Shown here: positions 1-9,804 of the stretch, in pieces
Numbering within the stretch: the first letter of the stretch is position 1
How the letters are laid out: each line of letters begins with the position of its first letter
NCBI GenBank assembly: GCA_050302075.1
Contig: JBNLAH010000003.1
Span: 160,001-224,000 of the forward strand
DNA from: Parachlamydiales bacterium
GTDB taxonomy: Bacteria; Chlamydiota; Chlamydiia; Chlamydiales; SM23-39
Reading direction: 5' to 3'
Length of the DNA stretch: 64,000 nucleotides
Translations under genes and position numbers: made by a program
Notes under the pieces: model-generated
What the model saw: the letters and a program-made list of their open reading frames with translations, nothing else
Told to the model about the DNA's origin: nothing
Databases searched by the model: none

Positions 1-829
1 TTTGAAATGAGAAAAAATCATCTAAAGCATATTTATGAAAACCGGTTCCATCTTTTCGATAGTCAAATATGATATTGCTTAAATTTACTTGTTCCTTGAT
101 GCGCTTTACTAAGTTCTCTATCAAAGGTTCATCAGTAAAAATGAAAACATATATTGGCTGATGATCATGAAGCCTTGAAAATTCAATAATTTGATCAATA
201 TAATATTGTTCAGGAGGATGAGTTAAAGGAAAAATGGTATCTACATAAACAATCTCTTTTGGCCTGAGATATCTATCACGATTATATTGCAGATTAAATA
301 CTTGAACTGATCCCAATGATGCATCCCATCCACCTCCCTTTCTTATATGAACCGCCAAAGACAATACGTCTTTAGGCGGATGAATAAGTTTTAAAGGTGT
401 CCTTGGAGCTATTCTCTTTCGGATATGCTTTAAAAAGCCTGGATTCGATTTTACCTGCTGTACAAAAGCATCTGAAAAATACGTTAAAAAAACAAATTCA
501 AGTAATCTATGCTTTTTTCGATTCATTTTCTCAGAACAAATAGGAACTTTTCTGACGTCTCTTAAAACTGTTTTCTGCCAGATGCGATTATTATTAATAT
601 TTGGGAGGTGTTCATCCATTACTGAACACATTAAATAATCTGACTTATCAAAAGGCTGGTAATAAAATTTTAAATTATTTTCATAGGCAACCCATTGAGC
701 ATGAATATATGCGATAAGGTCATTTCCCATTCTTCCATTTCCCAAAGGTCTACTTGTTACAAAAACATTTGATAAAAGATTATTGTTTATAGAAACGACG
801 AACAAAACGAGCAAAAAGCATTTTTTCAT
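1..829 (-). CDS. GT11 (alpha-1,2-fucosyltransferase-like) glycosyltransferase, 3' end runs off the window
   Basis: Not in the ORF track; translated by hand from ATG 829 (ATGA overlap with the upstream stop): MKKCFLLVLFVVSINNNLLSNVFVTSRPLGNGRMGNDLIAY...SLAVHIRKGGGWD. Matches the GT11 GxLGN and HxRRGD motifs. Confidence 0.7.
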   Translation of the reverse strand, partial: MKKCFLLVLFVVSINNNLLSNVFVTSRPLGNGRMGNDLIAYIHAQWVAYENNLKFYYQPFDKSDYLMCSVMDEHLPNINNNRIWQKTVLRDVRKVPICSEKMNRKKHRLLEFVFLTYFSDAFVQQVKSNPGFLKHIRKRIAPRTPLKLIHPPKDVLSLAVHIRKGGGWDASLGSVQVFNLQYNRDRYLRPKEIVYVDTIFPLTHPPEQYYIDQIIEFSRLHDHQPIYVFIFTDEPLIENLVKRIKEQVNLSNIIFDYRKDGTGFHKYALDDFFSFQ

Positions 830-1515
830 AATGCTCTCCTAGAAACATAAATTTCATCGCATGCAAGTGATGCAACTTTTAAATAATTTTTAGATTTTAA
901 AAAAAGCTCGATGTCTTTTGTTTGATAATTATTCTCCACTGTAATGACATCTATTTCATATTTATCAAAATCAATGCTCTTCAGTATTTCAAACTCTCCG
1001 CCCTCAGTATCTATACTTAAAAAATCGATGTGATAAATACCGTTTTCTTGGAGTACTTCATTTAATGGAAGGCAAGTAACTAAAATTTCATGAGATGAGC
1101 ATCCGTATTTCTTTAATTCATAATTAATACGTTCAACGTGGCGAGGATCATATTTACCAATGATCCCACTTAGTCCTTCTATGACTCCATCTATGCAAAG
1201 AAAAGGGACATTTTCTTCATAATCAGGAGCTATGCAAGCATTTAAACAGATACAATTACGATTGCTTTGAAGAAGCTTAAATGTATTAGGTAACGGCTCT
1301 ATGCACAAACCTTTCCAACCTAATTCTTTTTCGAAGAAATAAGAATTACTTCCTAAAACTCCATCATTTGCCCCAATATCAACAAATACTCCGTTTCGTT
1401 TATTATTAAAAAAATGGTCATTCACATAACGATCTTGTCCAAATTGGGAATAATACTTTGCACTTATAGAAAAGCAAAAAACACAAAAAATAATTAAAAA
1501 AAAATTAATTCTCAT
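826..1515 (-). CDS. FkbM-family SAM methyltransferase with signal-peptide-like N-terminus
   Basis: YYSQFGQD, FVDIGANDG, SNSYFFE, CIEP, DFLSIDTEGGE motifs. Confidence 0.85.
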   Translation of the reverse strand: MRINFFLIIFCVFCFSISAKYYSQFGQDRYVNDHFFNNKRNGVFVDIGANDGVLGSNSYFFEKELGWKGLCIEPLPNTFKLLQSNRNCICLNACIAPDYEENVPFLCIDGVIEGLSGIIGKYDPRHVERINYELKKYGCSSHEILVTCLPLNEVLQENGIYHIDFLSIDTEGGEFEILKSIDFDKYEIDVITVENNYQTKDIELFLKSKNYLKVASLACDEIYVSRRAL

Positions 1516-2569
1516 AACTACCTATCTGTTCTTGGATCCATGGATATAGCTTTCTAAGACCTTCTTCAAGGCTGCTTGATGGTTTCCAACCAAGTTCTTT
1601 AAAAATTAAGCTGTTGTCCGAATTCCTGCCTTGAACTCCCTCTGGTCCCTCCACATTTATTATTTCAATTTTCTTTTCAGCAATTTCTGAAATTAGTCTG
1701 GTTAAATTATTAATTGAAATCATTTCTTCAGAGCCTAAATTAAGTATTGGCAATTTTTTTTCTGAGCTCATAATTTGCCTTATTCCTTCAACACACTCAT
1801 CAATGTATAAGAATGAACGAGTTTGATTGCCGCTTCCCCAAATTTCTATTTCTGAACTTTGAACTGATTTGGCTACTTTTCGACATATTGCAGCAGGTGC
1901 TTTTTCTCTGCCTCCTTCCCAAGTTCCTAGTGGACCAAAAATATTGTGAAATCTAGCTATTCGAATGTCCATTCCATAATCATTTGCATAAGCTTCGTAT
2001 AGACGCTCACTAAAAAGTTTTTCCCAGCCATATTCGGTGTCTGGTTCAGCTGGGTATGCTGAATCTTCTACACAGAGAGGGTTATTAGGATCTAATTGAT
2101 TTCGTTCCGGGTAAACACAAGCAGAAGAAGAAAAAAACACTTTTCCTACTTTAGCTTTTCTGCATTCTTCCAAAACATGTAAGTTAATCAGTGCAGAATC
2201 ATGCATAATTTCCGCATCATGAAATGATATAAATCCCATTCCTCCCATGTTTGCCGCAAGCTGCAACACTTCATCAAATGGGAAAAGTTCTCCATTAATA
2301 CTAAGCGATTTTTTTGCATCATTAGCTAACCTGAGATCCGCTATTACAAACTCATCAGCTTCAGTTTGCTCAAATTCAGGATATTTTAAATCTACTCCTC
2401 GAACCCAATAACCTTCTTTTTTATAGCGCTTTACTAAATGATGCCCTATAAATCCTCCGGCCCCACATATAACAGCTGTTTTCTTACCAGAAAGTTCTTC
2501 TTTTGTAGGTGACGCAAATAAGTTAATTTGCACAAAGAAAATGAAATACATAAATAAACTTTTATACAT
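1505..2569 (-). CDS. GDP-mannose 3,5-epimerase-like NAD-dependent epimerase
   Basis: GAGGFIG, LAANMGGMGFI, SSACVYP, YGWEK, RFHNIFGP, GGREKAPAAICRK are typical of GME. Start moved to ATG 2569, which has AGGAG upstream. Confidence 0.8.
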   Translation of the reverse strand: MYKSLFMYFIFFVQINLFASPTKEELSGKKTAVICGAGGFIGHHLVKRYKKEGYWVRGVDLKYPEFEQTEADEFVIADLRLANDAKKSLSINGELFPFDEVLQLAANMGGMGFISFHDAEIMHDSALINLHVLEECRKAKVGKVFFSSSACVYPERNQLDPNNPLCVEDSAYPAEPDTEYGWEKLFSERLYEAYANDYGMDIRIARFHNIFGPLGTWEGGREKAPAAICRKVAKSVQSSEIEIWGSGNQTRSFLYIDECVEGIRQIMSSEKKLPILNLGSEEMISINNLTRLISEIAEKKIEIINVEGPEGVQGRNSDNSLIFKELGWKPSSSLEEGLRKLYPWIQEQIGSYEN

Positions 2570-2582
2570 AAAAAAAATTCTC

Positions 2583-3752
2583 CTAATACTTGGTTTCATA
2601 GTTAAAAATATCACCAAATTTTTCTCGAACACGTTCAATTATTGGTTCAAAATCCCTAATAGTTACGCTCTTACCCCTCTCTACAAGCTTTTTAGCAACA
2701 ACTAGTTTTTGAGAGGCATCGATCATTGGAACTGGACAGTTTTCTTTATAAGCGACATTTTCAAATACATAGTCAGAAAGATCTTTATTGGTTAATTCTT
2801 GAGCCATATATTCAGCATGCTGGTTATTGACTAAATCAGTTGTTTCAAAAAATATTGGGTCAATTTCTTTTAATGCAGAATATTCGCCTAAAGCCTTGTT
2901 ATCCCTAGGAAAACATGGTCCGCCAAACCCAAACCCTGGTAAAATACACTTTTCCCCAATTCTTCTGTCTTTTCCAATTGCATGCAAAATATCAAATTTA
3001 TTTGCCCCCAATGTCTTATCGGCAATATCTCCTATTAAATTTGCAAAAGAAATCTTCGCTGTTATAAAGCAATTAAGAGCTAATTTTGTAATTTCAGCAC
3101 TTTCCACTGACATACGGGCTATATAAGGGGAATTCTTGCAAAGCTGTTTATATATTTTTTCTAACAATGCTCCTGACTCATTTGATCCTTCTCCAATTAG
3201 AACCATATCAGGATTGCAAAGACCGTTTACAATCTCTCCTTGTGCTATAAAAGGAGGGTTATAGCAGATTGTAGTTGAAGGACAGTCTGCCAGCAAATAA
3301 CGCGCATATTCTTTTATGTATCCAGGCTTTATTGTTGAGCAAATAACAATCTTTTTATTTGCTGGAGAATATAAATTTATCTTTGAAAGCAATTCGCTTA
3401 GAAGAGAAAAATCATATCCATCTGTTCCATGTGTAGTAGTGATAGTAATAAAACATATGTCTGAAAAATCTAGACCTTCTTTTAGTGACGTCGTAGCCTT
3501 AAATCTTTGAGAAGATTCGAGAAGGCCATTTATGAAAGGCTCAGTTGAATCAAAAGATTTATCATTAAGTTGGTCTACATATTCTGGCAAAACATCTACA
3601 CCTAAAACATCATATCCTGCTTTTTCCAAGCAAAGTGCAAATGATAAACCAAGTCTTCCAACACCAATTACAGTGATATTTTCACTAAAGCATTTATTCG
3701 GACAAAAGCCCAGAATGAAAAGTACTATTAATTTTCCTAAATAATTTTTCAT
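2583..3752 (-). CDS. UDP-glucose/GDP-mannose 6-dehydrogenase family protein
   Basis: GVGRLG Rossmann motif, AEITKLALN, catalytic GFGGPCFPRD. Start moved to ATG 3752 (GAGGGG upstream). Confidence 0.85.
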   Translation of the reverse strand: MKNYLGKLIVLFILGFCPNKCFSENITVIGVGRLGLSFALCLEKAGYDVLGVDVLPEYVDQLNDKSFDSTEPFINGLLESSQRFKATTSLKEGLDFSDICFITITTTHGTDGYDFSLLSELLSKINLYSPANKKIVICSTIKPGYIKEYARYLLADCPSTTICYNPPFIAQGEIVNGLCNPDMVLIGEGSNESGALLEKIYKQLCKNSPYIARMSVESAEITKLALNCFITAKISFANLIGDIADKTLGANKFDILHAIGKDRRIGEKCILPGFGFGGPCFPRDNKALGEYSALKEIDPIFFETTDLVNNQHAEYMAQELTNKDLSDYVFENVAYKENCPVPMIDASQKLVVAKKLVERGKSVTIRDFEPIIERVREKFGDIFNYETKY

Positions 3753-3995
3753 AAAAACCCCTCTCAAAAAATGGAAAAGTGATCCTAATCGACACTTTCT
3801 AAAATGTAAATAAAATTTTTTAATCTTTTATGAATATATTTTTTAAAAAATCTTTATATGAGAGCTTGTAGATTTATATTTCACTATGAAGAATTCATCT
3901 ATAGGTTTTGAATTTTTCCAAATAGCTTTTTTTAAGTTATTGAGAAAAAATTTGAATACTAGATACCTTGTTAAAAAAATTATTGGAGAAAACAG

Positions 3996-4856
3996 ATGAA
4001 ATCTTTGATTAAAAAGGTTCTACCCCAAAGTGTCATTAAAAAATTAATAACATTAAAAGAAAAAAATCTCTCACCAGAACTAAGAAGAGCCAGAACAATT
4101 GGATTAAACAGCAAACAATATAAGGAATTCATCTTAGATGAAAATGCAGCATCAAATACCCATGAGCTATTCATATTTGGAGCTATGAAAAAGACAAAAT
4201 TTTTAAAAGAATCAAAAGCTTTCCTAATGGAATCGATTTTTGATGATGCATATCAATTAGAAAAAATTAACATCCCAAGAGATCAGCATTGCAAAATCAT
4301 CGATATTGGGGCTAACGTTGGCGCATTTGCAATAGCTGCAAGAACACATTTCCCTAGAGCTACAATTCATTGTTATGAACCACACCCTAGTTTAGAAGAA
4401 TTTCTAAAACTACAGGCATACGCAGTTGGAGCAAAATATTATATGGAAGGAGTTGGCTTTGAAGAGGGGTTTTTTGCCTCAGACGAAATGCAAAATGAAA
4501 TTCTTCAAAGCGAATCTGTAAAAATAATGGACTTCACTAAAAAGGGAGACATCAAAATTTCTTCCTTAAAAACAGTTATTGAAAGAATTGGTGGTTATGT
4601 TGACATCCTTAAACTTGACTGTGAAGGATCAGAATGGAATATTCTTAAAGATAAAGATGCTCTTCAAAAAGTTAATTATTTAACAGTTGAATTTCACCGA
4701 ATATCTCCTGATAAGTCTTTTGATATTTATGACAGATCAATAGATATTCACAAAAAGGCTAAAGAGACTATCTCTTCGTTGGGTTTTACAATTCTTGTTG
4801 AAAGATATCATAGCGTAGATGCTGGCATTATACTAGCTCAGAGGAACATTAATTAA
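3996..4856 (+). CDS. FkbM-family methyltransferase
   Basis: IIDIGANVG, CYEP, ILKLDCEGSE, VEFH. Confidence 0.85.
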   Translation: MKSLIKKVLPQSVIKKLITLKEKNLSPELRRARTIGLNSKQYKEFILDENAASNTHELFIFGAMKKTKFLKESKAFLMESIFDDAYQLEKINIPRDQHCKIIDIGANVGAFAIAARTHFPRATIHCYEPHPSLEEFLKLQAYAVGAKYYMEGVGFEEGFFASDEMQNEILQSESVKIMDFTKKGDIKISSLKTVIERIGGYVDILKLDCEGSEWNILKDKDALQKVNYLTVEFHRISPDKSFDIYDRSIDIHKKAKETISSLGFTILVERYHSVDAGIILAQRNIN

Positions 4857-4858
4857 CT

Positions 4859-6070
4859 TCAAAGCAAAAGCTTATGTTTTAGTAGAAAAAATTGACTACA
4901 TTTACTCAAACCATATTCAAGAGGGCTATCAGGAGATAAAGCACTATATTGCATTTGCAAGTCAGATGGATTTCCTGGCATTGCTAACAATTCATTTAAA
5001 GCTTCTAAAATCTCCTCGTCATTGGCATTTATTGCTTCATAATGATCTTCTGGAAATATCTCCTCGCCTATATCTTTTCTAGACTCGTAAAGATTAATCT
5101 GTTCAGAAAATTTAAGCAGTTTATTGTTGTTTTTATTTGCTACTAAAGCTGGAACCATGATTGCTTTTTTAGATGGCATACTCATTTGCAGCTGCCAAGA
5201 ATTCAAATATAAGTAAGGAATATCAAAACGGTCTGCAAGAAAGGATATTCCAGAACCAGAGGTAATAACTAGCGATGCCTTCGAAAAAAGTAAGATGTCA
5301 TTAGTATAGCTTGCCCAGTTTGATTCAGAATAATTGAACATTTTCAGATCAATAAAAACATCTGGCATTTTTTCTCTTCCTACAAAAATTAGCTGATATC
5401 CAAGCTTTTGAAGCAACTTCAAAGCTGGCAATAATGTCTTAGGATCAGTTGGCTTTGCAGTAGCATTGACAATCTTTGTCTTAATCTGGACTAATGCCAT
5501 TTTTTCATCTAAAAAAGAAAGATTCTCATAAACATTTGAATCAATTTCACAAAGTGGAAAGTACGAGCTACTCTTAGAACATAGCCTATAATAATATGAA
5601 AGTCTTTCTATTCCTTCTTTCTTAGTCACTTGATATAGATAATTGTTAGGATAAATAACGCTAACTCTACCTTTATCTATCTGCCATTTCAACCTAGATA
5701 ATCCGCAATCCTCTGTAATTGATTTATATCTAACAGTAAGAGGAAGAAATAAAAAATACCAAAAATAACCAACAAAAATTTTATAAAAGTGCCTCTTATA
5801 CAAAAGGTCAATAGCATTAGAGTAAGGATCTGGCTTTCGTACAATTACAAATTTTTTATCTTTGTTTATTTCTTTTAAAAACTTTTTCCTTAAGAAGAAA
5901 TCTAGTTCAGCAGTTGTATGACCAACACCACTTGCTATGTTCACAACAAAGCAAATTTTTTTTGACTTGAAAAACTTATATAAAGGCCAATAAATCACTC
6001 CTATTTTGGAGGGAGCTACTTTGGTTTCATAATAGTGAATTAAGCGACGTAATGGCCCTTTAAGAAACAT
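4859..6070 (-). CDS. putative glycosyltransferase (TIGR04372-like, GT-B)
   Basis: GH near the N-terminus, then GYQLIFVGRE, NYSESNW, DILLFSKASLVITSGSG, DIPYLYLN; glycan-locus context. Confidence 0.55.
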   Translation of the reverse strand: MFLKGPLRRLIHYYETKVAPSKIGVIYWPLYKFFKSKKICFVVNIASGVGHTTAELDFFLRKKFLKEINKDKKFVIVRKPDPYSNAIDLLYKRHFYKIFVGYFWYFLFLPLTVRYKSITEDCGLSRLKWQIDKGRVSVIYPNNYLYQVTKKEGIERLSYYYRLCSKSSSYFPLCEIDSNVYENLSFLDEKMALVQIKTKIVNATAKPTDPKTLLPALKLLQKLGYQLIFVGREKMPDVFIDLKMFNYSESNWASYTNDILLFSKASLVITSGSGISFLADRFDIPYLYLNSWQLQMSMPSKKAIMVPALVANKNNNKLLKFSEQINLYESRKDIGEEIFPEDHYEAINANDEEILEALNELLAMPGNPSDLQMQYSALSPDSPLEYGLSKCSQFFLLKHKLLL

Positions 6071-7985
6071 TTGAAGGCCTTTTAGTAAATAACTCAATTA
6101 ACCTGTGAGCTTGGATGAACTCCCAGCTCTTTCTGGCATTTATGGGATCGTTATTAGCGTAGCACTTTAGTACAAAATCGCGGATCACTCTTCCATCCCA
6201 AATATTAGACTGTAGAAAACTCTGGCTGTTTAATATATCTAAAATGAAGGTCTTTAAGTCACTTTTGTACCACTCAATAATGGGGCTTGCAAATCCTACT
6301 TTAGATTTTCGGAGTCGAATATCTTCTGGCAAAAAACCACACATAGCTTCTCTAAGAATCCTCTTTGTAAATCCACTTCCTATTAAAGAACTTTTAGGAA
6401 GAGACAAAGCGTAAGTCACAAGCCTCCAATCTAAAAAAGGCGATCTAACTTCAACACCATGAGCCATTGAGACACAATCAAAATTTTTCAAAATCACAGG
6501 AAGTGTAGTTTGATGAAAGTCTCTATATAAGACCTCTTTTATGCTGCTAGCTGATAAAGCGCTACATCCCTTTGGCTTTGTTAAAAACCAGTCTAAAAAT
6601 CCTTGATGTTTTAATTTAGAGAAAAAGAAATTCAATACTCTGTAAAGAAAAGGATTATTTTTTATTCTTAATTTCATCGCTTGCGATAAACAACTTCCTA
6701 TTGAGTATGTAAATGGAGAATCTTTTGGTAGAATCTCACTTATTTGCTTTTTGACAGTTATAAACTCTTTAATTCTGGGAATTGGAAATATTGAGTTAAG
6801 AAGCATTGTTTCAACATGATGATGATATCCACCTAAAATTTCATCCGCTCCATGCCCATCAATAGAAACTTGAAACCCATTTTCTCGAAAATTTCTGTAA
6901 ACCAACCAAGGTCCAATAGGTAAATCAAAAATCCCTTCTATAGAAAAAAGAACATTATCAAAATGGGTTATTAAATCACTAGGAGCAACTTCGTAAATAT
7001 GACTAATGGATTTAGTGTTTGCTATCATCTCCTTTGCAAACTCTAACTCATCTTGTGATGAATTAGGATAACTAATTACAAATGCTGAACTTTCATTAGA
7101 GGGATGTCTATTTTTGTTAATGTTTTTTGAATTCTTGATATGGGATATCATCGATAAAACAGAGCTTGAGTCAAGACCTCCGCTTAAAGATGTCCCAAAT
7201 GCGACATCACTTCTCATGCGAATTTTGCAAGCATCCTTGAACAAATGGCGAAAATATGCTGTCTGTTCATCAAATGTCTCATTGATATTTATCAGGTGGT
7301 TTTTTGTATCCCACCATTTAGCTAACTGAAATCCTTTTCTAAGTGAGAATGTTCCATAATGTCCAGGCAATAACCTATGTACATTTTTAAATAATGTCCT
7401 TTCAGATGACTCTACAATGCTTGGGTTATAAATTGCATTTGAAACTTCCTGAGAATTAAAGCTTAGATCAAAAGACAAAAACGAAAAGGCTTTCATTTCA
7501 GAAGCAAAAGCAAAAAACTCATTATTAAAAAAATAATAAAAAGGCTTTACTCCAAACCTGTCTCTTGAAAAAAAGAGTTTTTTCTCAAGCGTATCCCAAA
7601 CCGCAAATGCCCACATCCCATTAAATTTATCTAGGCATTTTTCTTTCCATTCAATGTAGCTAGCTAAAATTACTTCTGCATCTGACTCAGAATTAAACTG
7701 ATATCCTTTTGATTTAAGTTCTTCTTTAACCTCTATAAAATTATAAATTTCGCCATTATAGGTAAGCCAATATCTTCCCTTAGCATATGACATCGGTTGG
7801 GATCCTGATTCAGAAAGATCCAATATTTTTAATCTTCGATGGCCTAAATGCAATCTAGAGCTAAAATCATGATAAACTCCTCTACCATCAGGACCACGAT
7901 GAGCTAAGGAATCAACAAAGTTATCAAACTCATGAACTGAAATATCTCTGGAATTATAAGCATACAATCCTACGATTCCACACAT
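6060..7985 (-). CDS. asnB: asparagine synthase (glutamine-hydrolysing)-type amidotransferase, probably glycan-modifying
   Basis: N-terminal MCGI, HRGPD, NGEIYN, RDRFGVKP, LSGGLDSS, GHGADE, EVRSPFLD. Confidence 0.9.
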   Translation of the reverse strand: MCGIVGLYAYNSRDISVHEFDNFVDSLAHRGPDGRGVYHDFSSRLHLGHRRLKILDLSESGSQPMSYAKGRYWLTYNGEIYNFIEVKEELKSKGYQFNSESDAEVILASYIEWKEKCLDKFNGMWAFAVWDTLEKKLFFSRDRFGVKPFYYFFNNEFFAFASEMKAFSFLSFDLSFNSQEVSNAIYNPSIVESSERTLFKNVHRLLPGHYGTFSLRKGFQLAKWWDTKNHLININETFDEQTAYFRHLFKDACKIRMRSDVAFGTSLSGGLDSSSVLSMISHIKNSKNINKNRHPSNESSAFVISYPNSSQDELEFAKEMIANTKSISHIYEVAPSDLITHFDNVLFSIEGIFDLPIGPWLVYRNFRENGFQVSIDGHGADEILGGYHHHVETMLLNSIFPIPRIKEFITVKKQISEILPKDSPFTYSIGSCLSQAMKLRIKNNPFLYRVLNFFFSKLKHQGFLDWFLTKPKGCSALSASSIKEVLYRDFHQTTLPVILKNFDCVSMAHGVEVRSPFLDWRLVTYALSLPKSSLIGSGFTKRILREAMCGFLPEDIRLRKSKVGFASPIIEWYKSDLKTFILDILNSQSFLQSNIWDGRVIRDFVLKCYANNDPINARKSWEFIQAHRLIELFTKRPSNVS

Positions 7986-9799
7986 AACTTTCCTTTAGAT
8001 TGTATTTCCCAAAAACTATTGTATTTACCTTTTGAAGCTATTAATTCTTCATGTGTACCAACTTCTGCTATTTCTCCATTATCAATTAAGAATATTTGAT
8101 CAGACTTTGTAATAGTAGATAACCTATGAGCAACTATAATTATTGTTATCTTATGCTGGAGCCTTTCTAGTGCTTTTTGAATAAAATACTCTGAATGACT
8201 ATCTAAATTGCTTGTAGCTTCGTCGAGAATTAGAATTTGAGGCTTCCTAACTAAAGCTCTCGCTAATGCGATCCTTTGCTTTTCCCCACCTGAAAGCCTA
8301 TAACCTTTTTCACCAACGATAGTTTTGAAACCACCAGGTAAATTTAAAATAAATTCAAAAGCTCCTGCTATTTTTGATGCTTTAATAATTTCCTCATCAC
8401 TTGCATCTAACTTTCCGAATCTAATGTTTTCTTCAATAGTTCCATGTAGCATTAGAGATTCTTGACTTACTAAACCCAAAGAATCTCGCCAAGATTTAAT
8501 ACTAAACTTATCTAACTTTTCTCCATCTACTAGTATTTCTCCACTAAGTGGCTCGTAAAGCCTAGTTAGAAGATCCAGTAATGTAGATTTTCCAGCTCCT
8601 GATGAGCCAACAAAAGCTGCTGTTTGGCCTTTACTAATTTCAAAAGTAACATTTTTTACTACGCTTGCTAAGTTAGGGGCATATCTAAAATTTATGGAGT
8701 TAAATTGGATTTTGTTTTTAAAACATGAGAATTCTTCACCTGATTCATCAATGAACTCTTTATCATCATTTCTCAAAACTTCATTCATCCTCTGTACAAA
8801 CCCTGAATATCTTGCTATTGTGCCTATACTTGACATTAATATTTGTGATTTGGTGCTTAGTCTATAAGTGACCGTTAAAAAAGTTAATAAGGTAGGAACT
8901 GTATTTGTTGTAAAAAAGAAAGATCCAGCGACTAAACAAATTCCAACTAGAAAAATTGACATAATTTCATTAAAAGGAATTAAAACTCCGGTGAGAGATA
9001 ATAGTTTTTTAGTTATGTCCTTTATATTCGTAATATTGGTTTTCGCATTTTCTAAAGATTCTTTCTCCCTTCCATATAAGTGAATTAATTTTAATACCTG
9101 TAAGTACTGAGCAGTCTTTTTACTAAGATCAATTTGGAGTTTGGTTAGACGCTTTGAGGTTTGTGAAATTTTTTTAATGACTTTTTTTTGGGCAAAGAAA
9201 AGAGTTAAACTAGACAAAATGACAATCAAGGCCATCTTAATGCTTATTGAAAAAAGAAATGCTGATAGTACACTACATGTAAAAAAAGAAATTAAACTTT
9301 GGTTAATTGATTCAGTTAGCCCAGGAATAGCAGTAGTTGGAGAAGATGAATATTCAATTAAATCTCCCTGTTTATAGTTACTTACACAGCTATAACTAAA
9401 TTTAAAAACTTTATTATAAATTTTTTTCTGCAATTCTGATTGAATAGATGTACTAAATTTAATAGCGCAAATGTGGCCAATATAGCTCAGCACACTTTTC
9501 AACATTTGAGTAAAAACAGCAATAATAACAAAAAAAGAAAACCATTTTATATTATCCCAGCTCTGAAAGTTAAAAACTTTAAAGAGGAATGAAGGTAATT
9601 TTGATACATTAATCTTACCTTCTAGCGCTGAAATAGCAATGATAATTAATGTAAAAAAGACTCCTTCAAGCAAAGCCGCTATGATATAGAAAAAAATAGT
9701 CTCAAACAATAAATAGATTCTTTTTTTATTTTTACCCTTAAAAATTAATTTAAAAAGTGAACTAGTTAAAAATCCTTTAAACACTTTAATAAAAACCAA
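7970..9799 (-). CDS. ABC transporter permease/ATPase fusion (MsbA/PglK-like glycan flippase)
   Basis: N-terminal TM helices, Walker A GSSGAGKS, LSGGEKQR, LDEATS, AHRLST. Confidence 0.85.
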   Translation of the reverse strand: MVFIKVFKGFLTSSLFKLIFKGKNKKRIYLLFETIFFYIIAALLEGVFFTLIIIAISALEGKINVSKLPSFLFKVFNFQSWDNIKWFSFFVIIAVFTQMLKSVLSYIGHICAIKFSTSIQSELQKKIYNKVFKFSYSCVSNYKQGDLIEYSSSPTTAIPGLTESINQSLISFFTCSVLSAFLFSISIKMALIVILSSLTLFFAQKKVIKKISQTSKRLTKLQIDLSKKTAQYLQVLKLIHLYGREKESLENAKTNITNIKDITKKLLSLTGVLIPFNEIMSIFLVGICLVAGSFFFTTNTVPTLLTFLTVTYRLSTKSQILMSSIGTIARYSGFVQRMNEVLRNDDKEFIDESGEEFSCFKNKIQFNSINFRYAPNLASVVKNVTFEISKGQTAAFVGSSGAGKSTLLDLLTRLYEPLSGEILVDGEKLDKFSIKSWRDSLGLVSQESLMLHGTIEENIRFGKLDASDEEIIKASKIAGAFEFILNLPGGFKTIVGEKGYRLSGGEKQRIALARALVRKPQILILDEATSNLDSHSEYFIQKALERLQHKITIIIVAHRLSTITKSDQIFLIDNGEIAEVGTHEELIASKGKYNSFWEIQSKGKLCVES

Positions 9800-9804
9800 A
9801 AATA

